From Candidatus Acidiferrales bacterium (GTDB lineage: Bacteria > Acidobacteriota > Terriglobia > Acidiferrales > UBA7541): a stretch of DNA of 64,000 nt. The position numbers and the translations under genes are program-made. A model generated the notes under the pieces. The model had not been told where the DNA came from, searched no databases, and saw nothing but the letters and a program-made list of their open reading frames with translations. Within the stretch, counting starts at the first letter, position 1; each line of letters opens with the position of its first letter. This document shows positions 47,547-56,599 of the stretch, piece by piece. Location: assembly GCA_030037335.1 (NCBI GenBank), contig JASHRN010000234.1, positions 19,371 through 83,370 of the forward strand, given 5' to 3'.

Positions 47547-48464
47547 TCAGTTCGGTTTCGGCGCGTTCACCTCGCGCCCGTACGTTCTTCGAATTTCTCC
47601 TGTAATCGCGCACGCCATCGCCAGCGATTTCGTATCCACACCTGTTGAAACGCCGCGCGCCGCCAGCGTCGTCAGTACGGTCTCCGTCGGAATATTCCCC
47701 ACCAGCTCGTCCCCCGCGAATGGACATCCGCCGAGCCCCGTCAGCGCGCCGTCAAATCTTCTGCATCCCGCCTTGAACGCGGCCAGCACTTTTTCCGCTG
47801 CTCCATCGGGACGGCTGTGCAGGTGCACTCCAAGTTCCACTCCATCCGCGCAATTTTTCACCGCATTGAAAAGCGCCGCCACATCCTGCGGTGATGCCGT
47901 TCCCACCGTGTCCGCCAGCGAAACCGTGCGCACGCCAATTTCTTTCAGCCATACCAGTGCGTCTTCCACGATTTCCGGCCCCCACGGCTCGTCATACGGA
48001 TTTCCAAACGCCATCGAAATGTAAACCACCAACCCGCGCTTCGCGCTCGTCGTTTCTTTTTGTAGCGTTTCCACCAGCACACGCGACTCCGCGCGCGTCA
48101 TGTTCGCATTCGCTCGCCGAAAATAAGCGGAAATGGAATACGGATAACCGACTGTCGTTACGCCGGCCGTCGCCAGTGCGCGCTTCAATCCCTGCTCGTT
48201 CACCACAATTCCAATGACTTCCGGCCCTGACTTGTCCGCCGGGAAACGCTCCGTCAGCCCCGCCATCACTTCTTCGCTGTCCGCCATCTGCGGAACGTGC
48301 TTCGGCGAAACGAAGCTCACCGCATCCAGATGCCGGAATCCGAGTGACACAAGCTGCGCCAGGTAAACAATCTTTGTCTGCGTAGGAATAATCTGCGGCA
48401 ATCCCTGCCACGCATCCCGCGGACATTCGATGATCGTTACGGAATTCTCAGGCCCGGCGGTCAC
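47547..48464 (-). CDS. Hydroxymethylglutaryl-CoA lyase
   Basis: 305 aa. HMGL-like TIM barrel, ECPRDAWQ motif, HLH metal site, GLGGCPFAG. Confidence 0.8.
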   Translation of the reverse strand: MTAGPENSVTIIECPRDAWQGLPQIIPTQTKIVYLAQLVSLGFRHLDAVSFVSPKHVPQMADSEEVMAGLTERFPADKSGPEVIGIVVNEQGLKRALATAGVTTVGYPYSISAYFRRANANMTRAESRVLVETLQKETTSAKRGLVVYISMAFGNPYDEPWGPEIVEDALVWLKEIGVRTVSLADTVGTASPQDVAALFNAVKNCADGVELGVHLHSRPDGAAEKVLAAFKAGCRRFDGALTGLGGCPFAGDELVGNIPTETVLTTLAARGVSTGVDTKSLAMACAITGEIRRTYGREVNAPKPN

Positions 48465-50188
48465 GTCTGCAAAACCCCAGTCCTGAACTCGGCAACGTCC
48501 GGATTCAAACTTGCCGCCGCCAGCGCCTCAATAATCGCTCCGCGAGTCTCCGCCGGATCGATAATCGCGTCCACCCAAAGCCGAGCTGCTGCATAACGCG
48601 CATCGCTCTGCTTTTCATATGTCGCGCGCGTCGACTCAAACAATTCCTTTTTTTCTTTTTCCGTCAGTTTCTTGCCGCTGCGTTCCATCTGCTTGATTTT
48701 GATTTCCACCAGCGTTCCTGCCGCCGATTCGCCGCCCATCACCGCATAACGCGCCGTCGGCCACGCAAAAATAAATCGCGGATCATATGCTTTTCCGCAC
48801 ATCGCATAGTGCCCGGCGCCAAAACTTCCGCCGCAAATCACCGCAATTTTTGGCACCACACTGTTCGCCACGGCATTCACCATTTTCGCGCCGGCACGAA
48901 TAATTCCGCTCCACTCTGCTTCTTTTCCGACCATGAATCCGTTCACATCGTGCAAGAAAATGAGCGGAATCAAATTCTGATTGCAATCCAGAATAAATCG
49001 CGCCGCTTTGTCCGCCGCTTCCGTATAAATCACTCCGCCGAATTCCATGCGACGTTCGCCCGTGCCTGCTGCGGCGATCTGCACGTGTTTTTTCTGATTC
49101 GCCACAATTCCCACCGCCCATCCGCCGATTCGCGCAAATCCGCACACGACCGTTTGCCCGTACTCCGCGCGATACTCTTCCCATTTGCTTCCATCGACAA
49201 TCCGTGCAATCACTTCGCGCATGTCGTACTGCTTCGCCGCATCGCTGGAAAAAATTCCGTAAATCTCATCCGCTGAATACTTCGGCGCCTCCGCTTTCTG
49301 ATGATCGAAAGGCGCTGCCGCGCGATGACCGATCTTGTCGACGAGAGCGCGAATTCTCGCAATGCAGTCCTCGTCGCTCGCTTCGCGAAAATCCACGGTG
49401 CCGCTGATCTGCGCGTGCATTTTCGCGCCGCCCAGTTCCTCCGCTGAATTTTTCTGTCCAATCGCCGCCTGCACCAGCGCCGGACCCGCCAAAAAAAGCC
49501 CGCTGCCCTCGGTCATCAAAATGTGATCGCACATCACCGGCAAATACGCGCCTCCCGCCACGCACATGCCCATAATCGCAGTCACCTGCGGGATTCCCAT
49601 TGCCGACATCACCGCGTTATTACGAAAAACGCGCCCGAAATCGTCTGTATCCGGAAACACGTCTTCCTGCAGCGGCAAAAAAACGCCCGCGGAATCCACC
49701 AGGTAAATTGTCGGAATGCGGTTGTCGATGGAAATATTCTGCGCGCGAATCACTTTTTTCGCGGTCATCGGAAAAAACGCGCCCGCTTTCACCGTCGCGT
49801 CGTTCGCGATAATCATCGTTTGCCGGCCTGCAACGCGCCCGAGCCCCGTGATGGTTCCCGCGGCCGGCGCGCCTCCCCATTCTTCATACATCTCAAACGC
49901 GGCGTAGAGTCCCAGCTCGAAAAATGTCGTCCCGGGATCAATCAGCTTCGCTATCCGTTCGCGCGCCGTCAGCCGGTTTTTCTTGTGCTGCGACTCAATG
50001 GCCTTCGCGCCGCCGCCTTGGCGGATGTGCTCTTCCTGATTCTTGATTTCCGTCAGGCGCTCAACCATCGCGCGGCGGTTCTTCTGGAATTCTGTAGAGT
50101 CTTTTTTGATTTGCGTTTCAATCAGCGAATTGCTCAACGCGAGTCCTCGCAAAAGGACGCCTTTTTCCATGCGCCCGAAACTCCGCAT
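48461..50188 (-). CDS. Acyl-CoA carboxylase carboxyltransferase (beta) subunit, probably methylcrotonoyl-CoA carboxylase
   Basis: 575 aa (alternative start Met7 at 50170). Carboxyl_trans domain duplication. 4-nt overlap with the HMG-CoA lyase gene. Confidence 0.8.
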   Translation of the reverse strand: MRSFGRMEKGVLLRGLALSNSLIETQIKKDSTEFQKNRRAMVERLTEIKNQEEHIRQGGGAKAIESQHKKNRLTARERIAKLIDPGTTFFELGLYAAFEMYEEWGGAPAAGTITGLGRVAGRQTMIIANDATVKAGAFFPMTAKKVIRAQNISIDNRIPTIYLVDSAGVFLPLQEDVFPDTDDFGRVFRNNAVMSAMGIPQVTAIMGMCVAGGAYLPVMCDHILMTEGSGLFLAGPALVQAAIGQKNSAEELGGAKMHAQISGTVDFREASDEDCIARIRALVDKIGHRAAAPFDHQKAEAPKYSADEIYGIFSSDAAKQYDMREVIARIVDGSKWEEYRAEYGQTVVCGFARIGGWAVGIVANQKKHVQIAAAGTGERRMEFGGVIYTEAADKAARFILDCNQNLIPLIFLHDVNGFMVGKEAEWSGIIRAGAKMVNAVANSVVPKIAVICGGSFGAGHYAMCGKAYDPRFIFAWPTARYAVMGGESAAGTLVEIKIKQMERSGKKLTEKEKKELFESTRATYEKQSDARYAAARLWVDAIIDPAETRGAIIEALAAASLNPDVAEFRTGVLQT

Positions 50189-50204
50189 TGTATCAGTAAC
50201 GGCA

Positions 50205-50232
50205 TTGACGTGCCTGCCGCCATCTGTATAAT
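50205..50232 (+). promoter_or_regulatory. Strong sigma-70-type promoter (plus strand)
   Basis: TTGACG (50205-50210), 16-nt spacer, TATAAT (50227-50232). Followed by a 16-codon ORF with RBS, then the GNAT gene 220 nt further on. Confidence 0.55.
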
Positions 50233-50457
50233 TTTCAAAGCCGCAATTCGTTAGCGGCGAAATTCCTCTGGGAGGCGCCTATGTTGATGCCGATTTCCAC
50301 GCGGGTGAAGCGCGCCTCAACTGCAGTTTTTTAGCTCATCGTCCCGCTTCTTTCCGCGATCTCCATTCCTTGATTATTTAACGCTCGTGTTTTGCGCGGA
50401 TGACACTTGGAAAAATTGAAGCTGGCCGCTCGGCGGCCCTATGGAGGAAATTCAAGC

Positions 50458-51282
50458 ATGGAATTCATCGATTTGAATCTGGCACGAAAGTTTGAATTGA
50501 CGGAAGCGCGCATTGGTGAATCGCTTGTTCATTCGATGCAAAAACGCATGCCACAGGCTGGGGCTGCGTCCATTCATGTCGCAGGCGGAATCGCGACATT
50601 CACTGGCATTGACTCGCCAATTTCGCAAGTCATCGGCGCTGGCCTCGACGCAAGCATTGCTGAAACAGAACTCGATCGCTTGGAGGACTTCTTCAGAACG
50701 CGCGGCGCTCCCGCGATTCTGGAGCTTTCCAGTTTTGCTTCTCCTTCCTTTTTGGAAATGCTCAACCGCCGCGGCTACACCGTCGTCGAATTCTCGCATG
50801 TGATGTGGCGCAAGTGCGAGCACGGCAAGAAATTTGCGCCCGCGTCTTCCGGCATCGCAATCCGTGAACTCGCTGCGAATCTCCGTCCCGAAGAAGCCAA
50901 GCTCTACACCGAAGTCGTCTCCAAGGGTTTTGCCGAATTGTTGCCGGTCACTCAGGAGTTGCTCGATGTAGTCGAGGGATTTTGCTACGACCCGCAGGGC
51001 CGCTGTTTTCTCGCGTCGATGGATGGCCATCCCGCAGGAGGCGGCGCAGCCGCGCTCTTCGATGGCGTCGGCACACTTGGCGGCGCAAGCGTGCTTCCTC
51101 AATTTCGCCGCCGCGGAATCCACGCTGCACTGATGGTTGCGCGAATGAGTTGGCTCGCCTCGCAACAATGCGAATGGTTTTTGTCGGTCGCGCATCCCGG
51201 GAGCGCCTCGCAACGCAACATGGAGCGTTTCGGCTTTCGGCTCGCTTACGCGCGAATGAAAGTCATTCGTAAATGGGAGTGA
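50458..51282 (+). CDS. GNAT-family N-acetyltransferase
   Basis: Start ATG 50458 with GGAGG 10 nt upstream; the ORF-track TTG 50407 is less likely. C-terminal GNAT motif A FRRRGIHAAL. Confidence 0.55.
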   Translation: MEFIDLNLARKFELTEARIGESLVHSMQKRMPQAGAASIHVAGGIATFTGIDSPISQVIGAGLDASIAETELDRLEDFFRTRGAPAILELSSFASPSFLEMLNRRGYTVVEFSHVMWRKCEHGKKFAPASSGIAIRELAANLRPEEAKLYTEVVSKGFAELLPVTQELLDVVEGFCYDPQGRCFLASMDGHPAGGGAAALFDGVGTLGGASVLPQFRRRGIHAALMVARMSWLASQQCEWFLSVAHPGSASQRNMERFGFRLAYARMKVIRKWE

Positions 51283-51349
51283 TTTGGATAATCCGGAGTC
51301 GTGGAGCGTTAATTCCAAAAAAGATCGACGCTGAAGTGTGCGCCGATTC

Positions 51350-51760
51350 TCAAGCGCTTTGCCTGGCGGCAAATCGCTTGCGAATAAATTCCACAATATC
51401 CTGTGTCGAGGTGCCGGGCAGAAACACTTCCGCGATGCCGGCCTGCTTCAATCCGGGAATATCCGCTTCGGGAATGATTCCGCCGATCAGCACCGTGACG
51501 TCATTCATTCCTTTTTCGCGCAGCAATTCCATCAGTCGCGGGCACAGTGCGTTGTGTGCGCCGGACAAAATCGAAAGCCCGATAACGTCTACATCTTCCT
51601 GCACCGCCGCCGACGCGATCATTTCCGGGGTCTGGCGCAGCCCCGTGTAAATCACTTCCATGCCCGCATCGCGCAGCGCCCGCGCAATCACTTTTGCGCC
51701 GCGGTCGTGCCCGTCCAATCCAGGCTTTGCAATCAGCACGCGGATTTTCTTTTCAGCCAT
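51350..51760 (-). CDS. Cobalamin-binding small subunit of a split methylmalonyl-CoA mutase-family enzyme
   Basis: 136 aa. B12-binding DxHxxG motif ([10 protein letters not shown]), GLSILSGAH. Confidence 0.85.
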   Translation of the reverse strand: MAEKKIRVLIAKPGLDGHDRGAKVIARALRDAGMEVIYTGLRQTPEMIASAAVQEDVDVIGLSILSGAHNALCPRLMELLREKGMNDVTVLIGGIIPEADIPGLKQAGIAEVFLPGTSTQDIVEFIRKRFAARQSA

Positions 51761-51826
51761 TTATTTTATTTTCAGCGCTAATAAGAATACTTCATATCGC
51801 CGCGCCTGTGTAGTTCCGCACGCTCG

Positions 51827-52534
51827 TCAGGCCGAAGCCAGAGACGCTTTTCGTTGCTGGTGATACTGCGCGAGCTGCGCGTTCGCGCTCACGACAGTTT
51901 CGAGTTCATCGGCTACGCGCGCAAGATCCTTTGCAGGAATTACAGCGTACATTTGGCCTTCGTCCAGTCCCGTGTACACGCGGTTCCCAATGCAGCCGGA
52001 ACTGACGACGGACCCATGGGCCATTGCCGCCGGAAGCGCCATGCAAGTTGGCCGCCCAAGGATCGGAAGCGCTGCCACGCAGCCCGCGCGCATCGCCGCT
52101 TCGTGCAGCAGCATGGTCTGCGATGCTGATCCCGTGAAAATCACGACGTCCGGCTCCAGTGGCGTCTCCGCGAGCGGCGCATAGACAATCGCGCGAGGCT
52201 GTTTCTCCAGCCGCGGAATGTCCGGCACTTCTTCCATTTTGACGTAGCCGATCTGGGCCATCAGGCCGAGCGTTTTCTCGAGTTCTTTTGCGCGCTCCGG
52301 CGGCAGGGAAATGCCGTGCGTGTAACTTCCGATGGGGCAGTTGTAGTGATCCTGCGGAACAGTGTAGAAAATTTTCCCCGCCGCGGCCAATCTCCAGAAG
52401 CTGCATCCGGAAGGCTCGGTGCCTGCGAATTTTTCAATTCCTGTTGGTTCCGCATCCAAGAACTTCACGGCGACCGGCCGCTTCTGTCCGCCAAGCGCCT
52501 TCGCAAGTGTTGCTTCTATTCCCTTGTAATCCAT
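51827..52534 (-). CDS. DUF169-family protein
   Basis: 235 aa. RPVAVKFLD...GCSFW...HYNCPIGSYTHG pattern recalled from DUF169. Function unknown. Confidence 0.55.
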   Translation of the reverse strand: MDYKGIEATLAKALGGQKRPVAVKFLDAEPTGIEKFAGTEPSGCSFWRLAAAGKIFYTVPQDHYNCPIGSYTHGISLPPERAKELEKTLGLMAQIGYVKMEEVPDIPRLEKQPRAIVYAPLAETPLEPDVVIFTGSASQTMLLHEAAMRAGCVAALPILGRPTCMALPAAMAHGSVVSSGCIGNRVYTGLDEGQMYAVIPAKDLARVADELETVVSANAQLAQYHQQRKASLASA

Positions 52535-52580
52535 CCTCTTCTCCCGAATTTTGAACCTTTCACTTCAAGGATAGCGCACT

Positions 52581-53579
52581 TCACTTTTGCAGGCTGCTCA
52601 GAAAAGTTTCTAGCACAGAATCGAACTGATCCGCATCATCGATAAAGAGAGCGTGTCCCGCGCCATCGAAAACCTCCACCCGCGAGCCTTTTACGCTTTG
52701 CTGCATTTCTGCGCGGGCGGCCGGCGGCATATACGGAGCATCGGCGTAACAAAACAACGCTGGCTTATCGATTTTCGCTGCCGTTGCGCGATAGTCCGCC
52801 GCATATTTTCCGACCAGCAGCGCCACCGCGTCGCTGGTCGGCGTGCGCATGCACGCAGCGATAACGCGATTCAAGTAATCGGCCGGCTGCGGCTTCCTGA
52901 AGCACAAATTGCGAACGAACGCGTCTGTATTTTTCTGCCTATCCGCCAGAATTTGGGCGATGAATCGCAAGTCAGCGGTGCCTTCGCCGGGAGCGAGGCC
53001 GCCGAAGTTGTCGTCCACGAAGATGAGTCCGGCGATTCCGTTGGTTCCGAACTGATCGACGTAAGCGGCGAGTTCCGTTACGGCCATGGACCATCCGACC
53101 AGCACGACTGGCGGGAGATGAAGCTGATCGACCACGGCTTTGATGTCGCGCGCCCGTACCGCAGGATACAATCCTTCACTCGTTATCGTCGATTCGCCCT
53201 GCGAACGAGGATCCATCGCCACCACGCGATAATTTTTCGAGAAATAGTCGATCTGCTTCTGTCAAATCCACGCCGGCATCGTCCAGCCCGGGATGAAAAG
53301 AATCGAGGGCTGCGATCGCAAGTCGCTGACAGAAACTTGGCCATTCGTCATTGCTACTAGAGGCAGTGTCCCACCCACTTGAAAAGTGCCGACCGTTCGC
53401 GGCGTGCCCGCTTCGAGGTAATGAATTTTCACGCCGTCCGCAGTTTTAACGAAGCCGCTCTTGGTGCTGGAAGCGCGAGACGAACCCGCCAGCGCTCCGA
53501 CAGTCAACAGAGCGACGGCAATTCCAGCAGCAAGGTTTTTCCGTCTCATCTTTTCTTCCTCATCGTCGAAATTCGACAC
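52581..53579 (-). pseudogene. Secreted alpha/beta hydrolase interrupted by an in-frame TGA
   Basis: ORFs 53579..53262 (signal peptide ...ILFIPGWTMPAWI*) and 53225..52581 (VAMDPRSQGES...LVGWSMA...) are in the same frame. Reading through TGA (53264-53262) gives WI*QKQIDYFSKNYRVVAMDPRSQGES, a continuous alpha/beta-hydrolase N-terminal pattern. Confidence 0.7.
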
Positions 53580-53598
53580 CGCCTCTTGACCATTTGCC

Positions 53599-55260
53599 CT
53601 AATGAGCCGCCGCTGGCGGGATATGACGCAGTGCTTTTCCGGCGAGGACGCCGGTGTATTTGCCGTCGTTCACTGCGAGCGTGCCGTTGATGAAAATGTA
53701 CTCCATGCCGACAGATAAAATTTCCGGATGCTCATACGTTGCTTTGTCAGCGACGGTTTTTGGATCGAATGCGATCACATCGGCGATGTTTCCTTCACGC
53801 AGTACGCCGCGATCTCTCAGCCCCAGCAATTCCGCAGGTAATTCCGTGCTCACGTGAACCATGAAGGGAAGCGTGATCAATTTCTTCTGATAGACGTAGA
53901 GGCACAGCTTGCGGGGGAAATTTCCGTAGAGGCGCGGATGGCCCGGCGAGCCATCGGAATCGGTCATGACCCACGGCTGGCGCATGAAATTGTCCACGTC
54001 CTGTTCGCTCATGTTAAACGAAATCACGCCAAGCTCGTCCCAGGTTTTATCTTTCGAGCACTCCTGCAAAATCGCGAGCGCGGTTTCAGGGGCGGGCATT
54101 TTTCGAGCCGCGGCGACCTGCGCCAAAGTTTTTGCGTAGAGTTCCGGCATGTGTTGCGACGTGAAGAGCAGAGTATTCGCGCCGCCACGCCGTTTTATGT
54201 TTTCCGTTATGGCTGCGAGAAGCTTTTCGCGCTGCGCGGGATCGTTGAGGCGGACCGAAATTTTCTGCTGCCCGCCTTCATGCGCCCACGGAGGCAGCAG
54301 CGATGCGGGAAGGCTCGTGCCTGAACCGGTGTAGGGATACTGCGCTGCCGTCACATTTTGCCCGGCCGCGCGCGCGGCATTTATTTTCGCGATGGCTTGC
54401 ACGCTTTTTCCCCACACTTCCGGGCCGAGCGCCTTGATGTGCGAAATGTGAACTGGAATATGGGCCTCGCGACCGATTTCGAGCGTTTCGTCAATCGCGC
54501 CGAGCAGTCCGATGGAATACGAATCTTCATCGCGCATGTGCGTGTCGTAGAATCCGCCGTATTGCGCGGCGACTTTCGAAAGCTCGATCACTTCGGGCGT
54601 TTTCGAAAAACTCTGCGGCGCATAAAAAAGCCCGGTGGAAAAGCCGAACGCGCCGCCCTCCATCGCTTTGCGGACGTAGGCGCGCTCCTGGTCGAGCTGC
54701 GCGGGTGTAGGATCCGCATCCGCCATGCCCATCACGGCGCGGCGGATGGTGCCGAAGCCGGTGAGAATTGCAACGTTGGTTCCGATTCCTTGCCGCTGAT
54801 ATTTGTCGAGCACAGCAGCGACATCGATAGGCCCTCCGCCATCGTTGCCGACGACGACCGTGGTGACGCCCTGCATGATGTAGTTGAGATTGTTGCGGCG
54901 AACGGGATCGTTCAGATAGCCGTCCGCGTGCGTGTGCGGATCAATGAAGCCGGGACAAATGATGAGTCCTTTGGCGGAAAAAGTTTGTTTCGCGTGGATG
55001 TGAGCGCGGGCGGCATTGCCGATGAAGGCGATACGGTCGGCGCGAATGCCCACGTCGGCGCGGCGCGGTCCGCTGCCGGTGCCGTCGACGATCTGGCCGT
55101 CGAGGAGGAGATAATCGAGCTGCTCGGTTTGCGCCGGAGCGGAAGCGAAGGGGATCAGGAACAGAATGGAGATGGTGAGTGCAGCGAAAGCTGCAGCACG
55201 GCGAGCATTGAGAGTTACCTGTTTTCGTTTCATGGTTTTAGGGTTGGGATTATCCACCAA
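53599..55260 (-). CDS. N-acyl-D-amino-acid deacylase (D-aminoacylase) family amidohydrolase
   Basis: 553 aa. Signal/anchor, metal-binding GFIDPHTHAD, amidohydrolase_3 pattern. Confidence 0.75.
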   Translation of the reverse strand: MVDNPNPKTMKRKQVTLNARRAAAFAALTISILFLIPFASAPAQTEQLDYLLLDGQIVDGTGSGPRRADVGIRADRIAFIGNAARAHIHAKQTFSAKGLIICPGFIDPHTHADGYLNDPVRRNNLNYIMQGVTTVVVGNDGGGPIDVAAVLDKYQRQGIGTNVAILTGFGTIRRAVMGMADADPTPAQLDQERAYVRKAMEGGAFGFSTGLFYAPQSFSKTPEVIELSKVAAQYGGFYDTHMRDEDSYSIGLLGAIDETLEIGREAHIPVHISHIKALGPEVWGKSVQAIAKINAARAAGQNVTAAQYPYTGSGTSLPASLLPPWAHEGGQQKISVRLNDPAQREKLLAAITENIKRRGGANTLLFTSQHMPELYAKTLAQVAAARKMPAPETALAILQECSKDKTWDELGVISFNMSEQDVDNFMRQPWVMTDSDGSPGHPRLYGNFPRKLCLYVYQKKLITLPFMVHVSTELPAELLGLRDRGVLREGNIADVIAFDPKTVADKATYEHPEILSVGMEYIFINGTLAVNDGKYTGVLAGKALRHIPPAAAH

Positions 55261-55353
55261 ATTGCCCAGTTATAGGTCGAATGTTTTCGAGGGGGCCAGT
55301 GCGAGGGTGATGTTCGGAAACGGACGAAGTGGCGAAAAAAACCGCGAAAAAAC

Positions 55354-55695
55354 TCGATTAGAGACGACCTCGGCCTTTTGTTTTCAGTGAGTTGGCTCAA
55401 TTTCTAATTTCCCATAGAAACTCGATTAGAAAATGCAGTGGCGAGTGGCTGGTGACGAGTGGCGAGGAACGGCCAGAAGGGCTTACGCGGGCGAAGCGTC
55501 CCGGCCAAGCGCAGGCCGGGGCAGGCGTAAGAGGAAGAAGATGCCGAAGAGGCCCTCTTAGGAAAATACGAAAAGGAGTGTCGATTAGAAACGACGAAAG
55601 ACGCGTATGTGTGTCGATTAGAAACGGGATCGGGTGCGTGTTTTGTGTAAGTTAGGTTGAATTCTAATTTTTTGAGGGTGTGTCGATTAGAATTC
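55354..55695. repeat. Five copies of the TCGATTAGA motif plus two AT-rich inverted repeats
   Basis: TCGATTAGA at 55354, 55422, 55581, 55614 and 55683; three copies are extended to GTGTCGATTAGAA. IR1: TTTCTAAT (55401-08) / ATTAGAAA (55425-32). IR2: GAATTCTAAT (55659-68) / ATTAGAATTC (55686-95). Confidence 0.8.
55438..55465. repeat. Heptanucleotide tandem array (GTGGCGA-like x4)
   Basis: GTGGCGA GTGGCTG GTGACGA GTGGCGA. Confidence 0.8.
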
Positions 55696-55711
55696 CTGCC
55701 ACGGCGGGCAA

Positions 55712-55746
55712 GCTGGAGGCTGGGGGCTGGAGGTTTGAGGCTGGAT
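55712..55746. repeat. Heptanucleotide tandem array (GCTGGAG-like x5)
   Basis: GCTGGAG GCTGGGG GCTGGAG GTTTGAG GCTGGAT. Confidence 0.8.
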
Positions 55747-55833
55747 GGTTCGCGCCCGCCTCGGCGGGCAGGCGCAAGGCGGCGCGAATCGGAAGGCGCT
55801 ATTTTCTCCATTACTGCACTCAAGTCCCGTCCT

Positions 55834-55863
55834 TAAAAAGGCGAAAGCCGCCGGAAGGCGGCT
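55834..55863 (-). terminator. Rho-independent terminator of the TMEM175-like gene
   Basis: Minus strand reads AGCCGCC-ttcc-GGCGGCT followed by TTCGCCTTTTTAAGG, 83 nt after the stop at 55946. Confidence 0.65.
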
Positions 55864-55945
55864 CGTGGCGCAGTTTGATTCTGCTTGCGTGCGGATCAAT
55901 GTATACCATTGAGATAACAGTTTGTCAAGGCGAAAATGGCGGCGG

Positions 55946-56530
55946 CTAGGCATCCTGACGGGAGATGCGGGATTCGATGCGGCGGTCGGGGACGAGCCAG
56001 ATGATGGCAACGGCGATGAAGCAAATCCACGAAATCCACGGGCGGACGAAGGCCAGAGGAATCGCCGGGACGTAAATGGCGATGGAGATTTTACCTTTGC
56101 GGTCGCTGCCAATGGAGATTGCCAGAGTGGAGGCTTTTCCGTGCAAGGCGAGAAGCGTCCGGACGAGGATGTAGTAGGCGATAGCCGCAAGGAGCAAGAC
56201 GATTCCGTAGAGCGCGACGGGACAGGAGGCGAAATGATCGTCGCCCATCCAGGCGGTGGTGAACGGAACGAGCGAGAGCCAAAAGAGAAGATGGAGATTG
56301 GCCCAGAGCGTCGCGCCGTTGACGCGTTCGACGGCGTGCAGCAGGTGATGATGATTGTTCCAGTAAATGGCGATGAAGACGAAGCTGAGAACGTAGCTGA
56401 GGAAAATGGGCGTGACGGGGCGAAGCGCGGCGAGCGAGGCGCCCTGCGGTGGCTTCATCTCGAGGACCATGATGGTGATGATGACGGCGAGGACGCCGTC
56501 GCTGAAGGCTTCGAGGCGGTTTTTGGTCAT
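55946..56530 (-). CDS. TMEM175/DUF1211-family potassium channel
   Basis: Start ATG 56530 with AGGAG upstream. MTKNRLEAFSDGVLAVIITIMVLE carries the family FSD motif. 6 TM segments. The ORF-track start 56677 is repeat-derived. Confidence 0.8.
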   Translation of the reverse strand: MTKNRLEAFSDGVLAVIITIMVLEMKPPQGASLAALRPVTPIFLSYVLSFVFIAIYWNNHHHLLHAVERVNGATLWANLHLLFWLSLVPFTTAWMGDDHFASCPVALYGIVLLLAAIAYYILVRTLLALHGKASTLAISIGSDRKGKISIAIYVPAIPLAFVRPWISWICFIAVAIIWLVPDRRIESRISRQDA

Positions 56531-56571
56531 GCAGTCTCCTGCGGCAGATGATACCTGAGAAGCAGCCGCGA

Positions 56572-56599
56572 GTGGCGAGTGGCAGGGAAAGCTAATCGA
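56572..56599. repeat. GTGGCGA heptamer x2 plus an inverted TCGATTAG motif
   Basis: GTGGCGA GTGGCAG (56572-56585), then CTAATCGA (56592-56599). These are the same modules as in the 55.3-55.9 kb intergenic region. Confidence 0.75.

Noticed and set aside
53262-53264. In-frame TGA of the alpha/beta hydrolase as a selenocysteine codon.
   Set aside because: I could not find a convincing SECIS-like hairpin in the ~40 nt downstream on the coding strand. No sel genes are nearby, and the position does not correspond to a catalytic residue of this fold. A nonsense mutation or sequencing error is more parsimonious.
55354-55695. Possible degenerate CRISPR array. GTGTCGATTAGAAAC resembles the ...ATTGAAAC 3' end of many CRISPR repeats, and some spacings are 68-69 nt.
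   Set aside because: Only ~9-15 nt are conserved between copies, and the sequences 5' of the motif are unrelated. The spacings (68, 159, 33, 69) are irregular. No cas genes are in the window.
55392-55949. ORFs 55392..55655 +, 55404..55823 - and 55680..55949 + as protein-coding genes.
   Set aside because: Their sequences are direct translations of the heptamer arrays and TCGATTAGA repeats (for example SGEWLVTSGE, and SNRH repeated). There is no RBS or start context.
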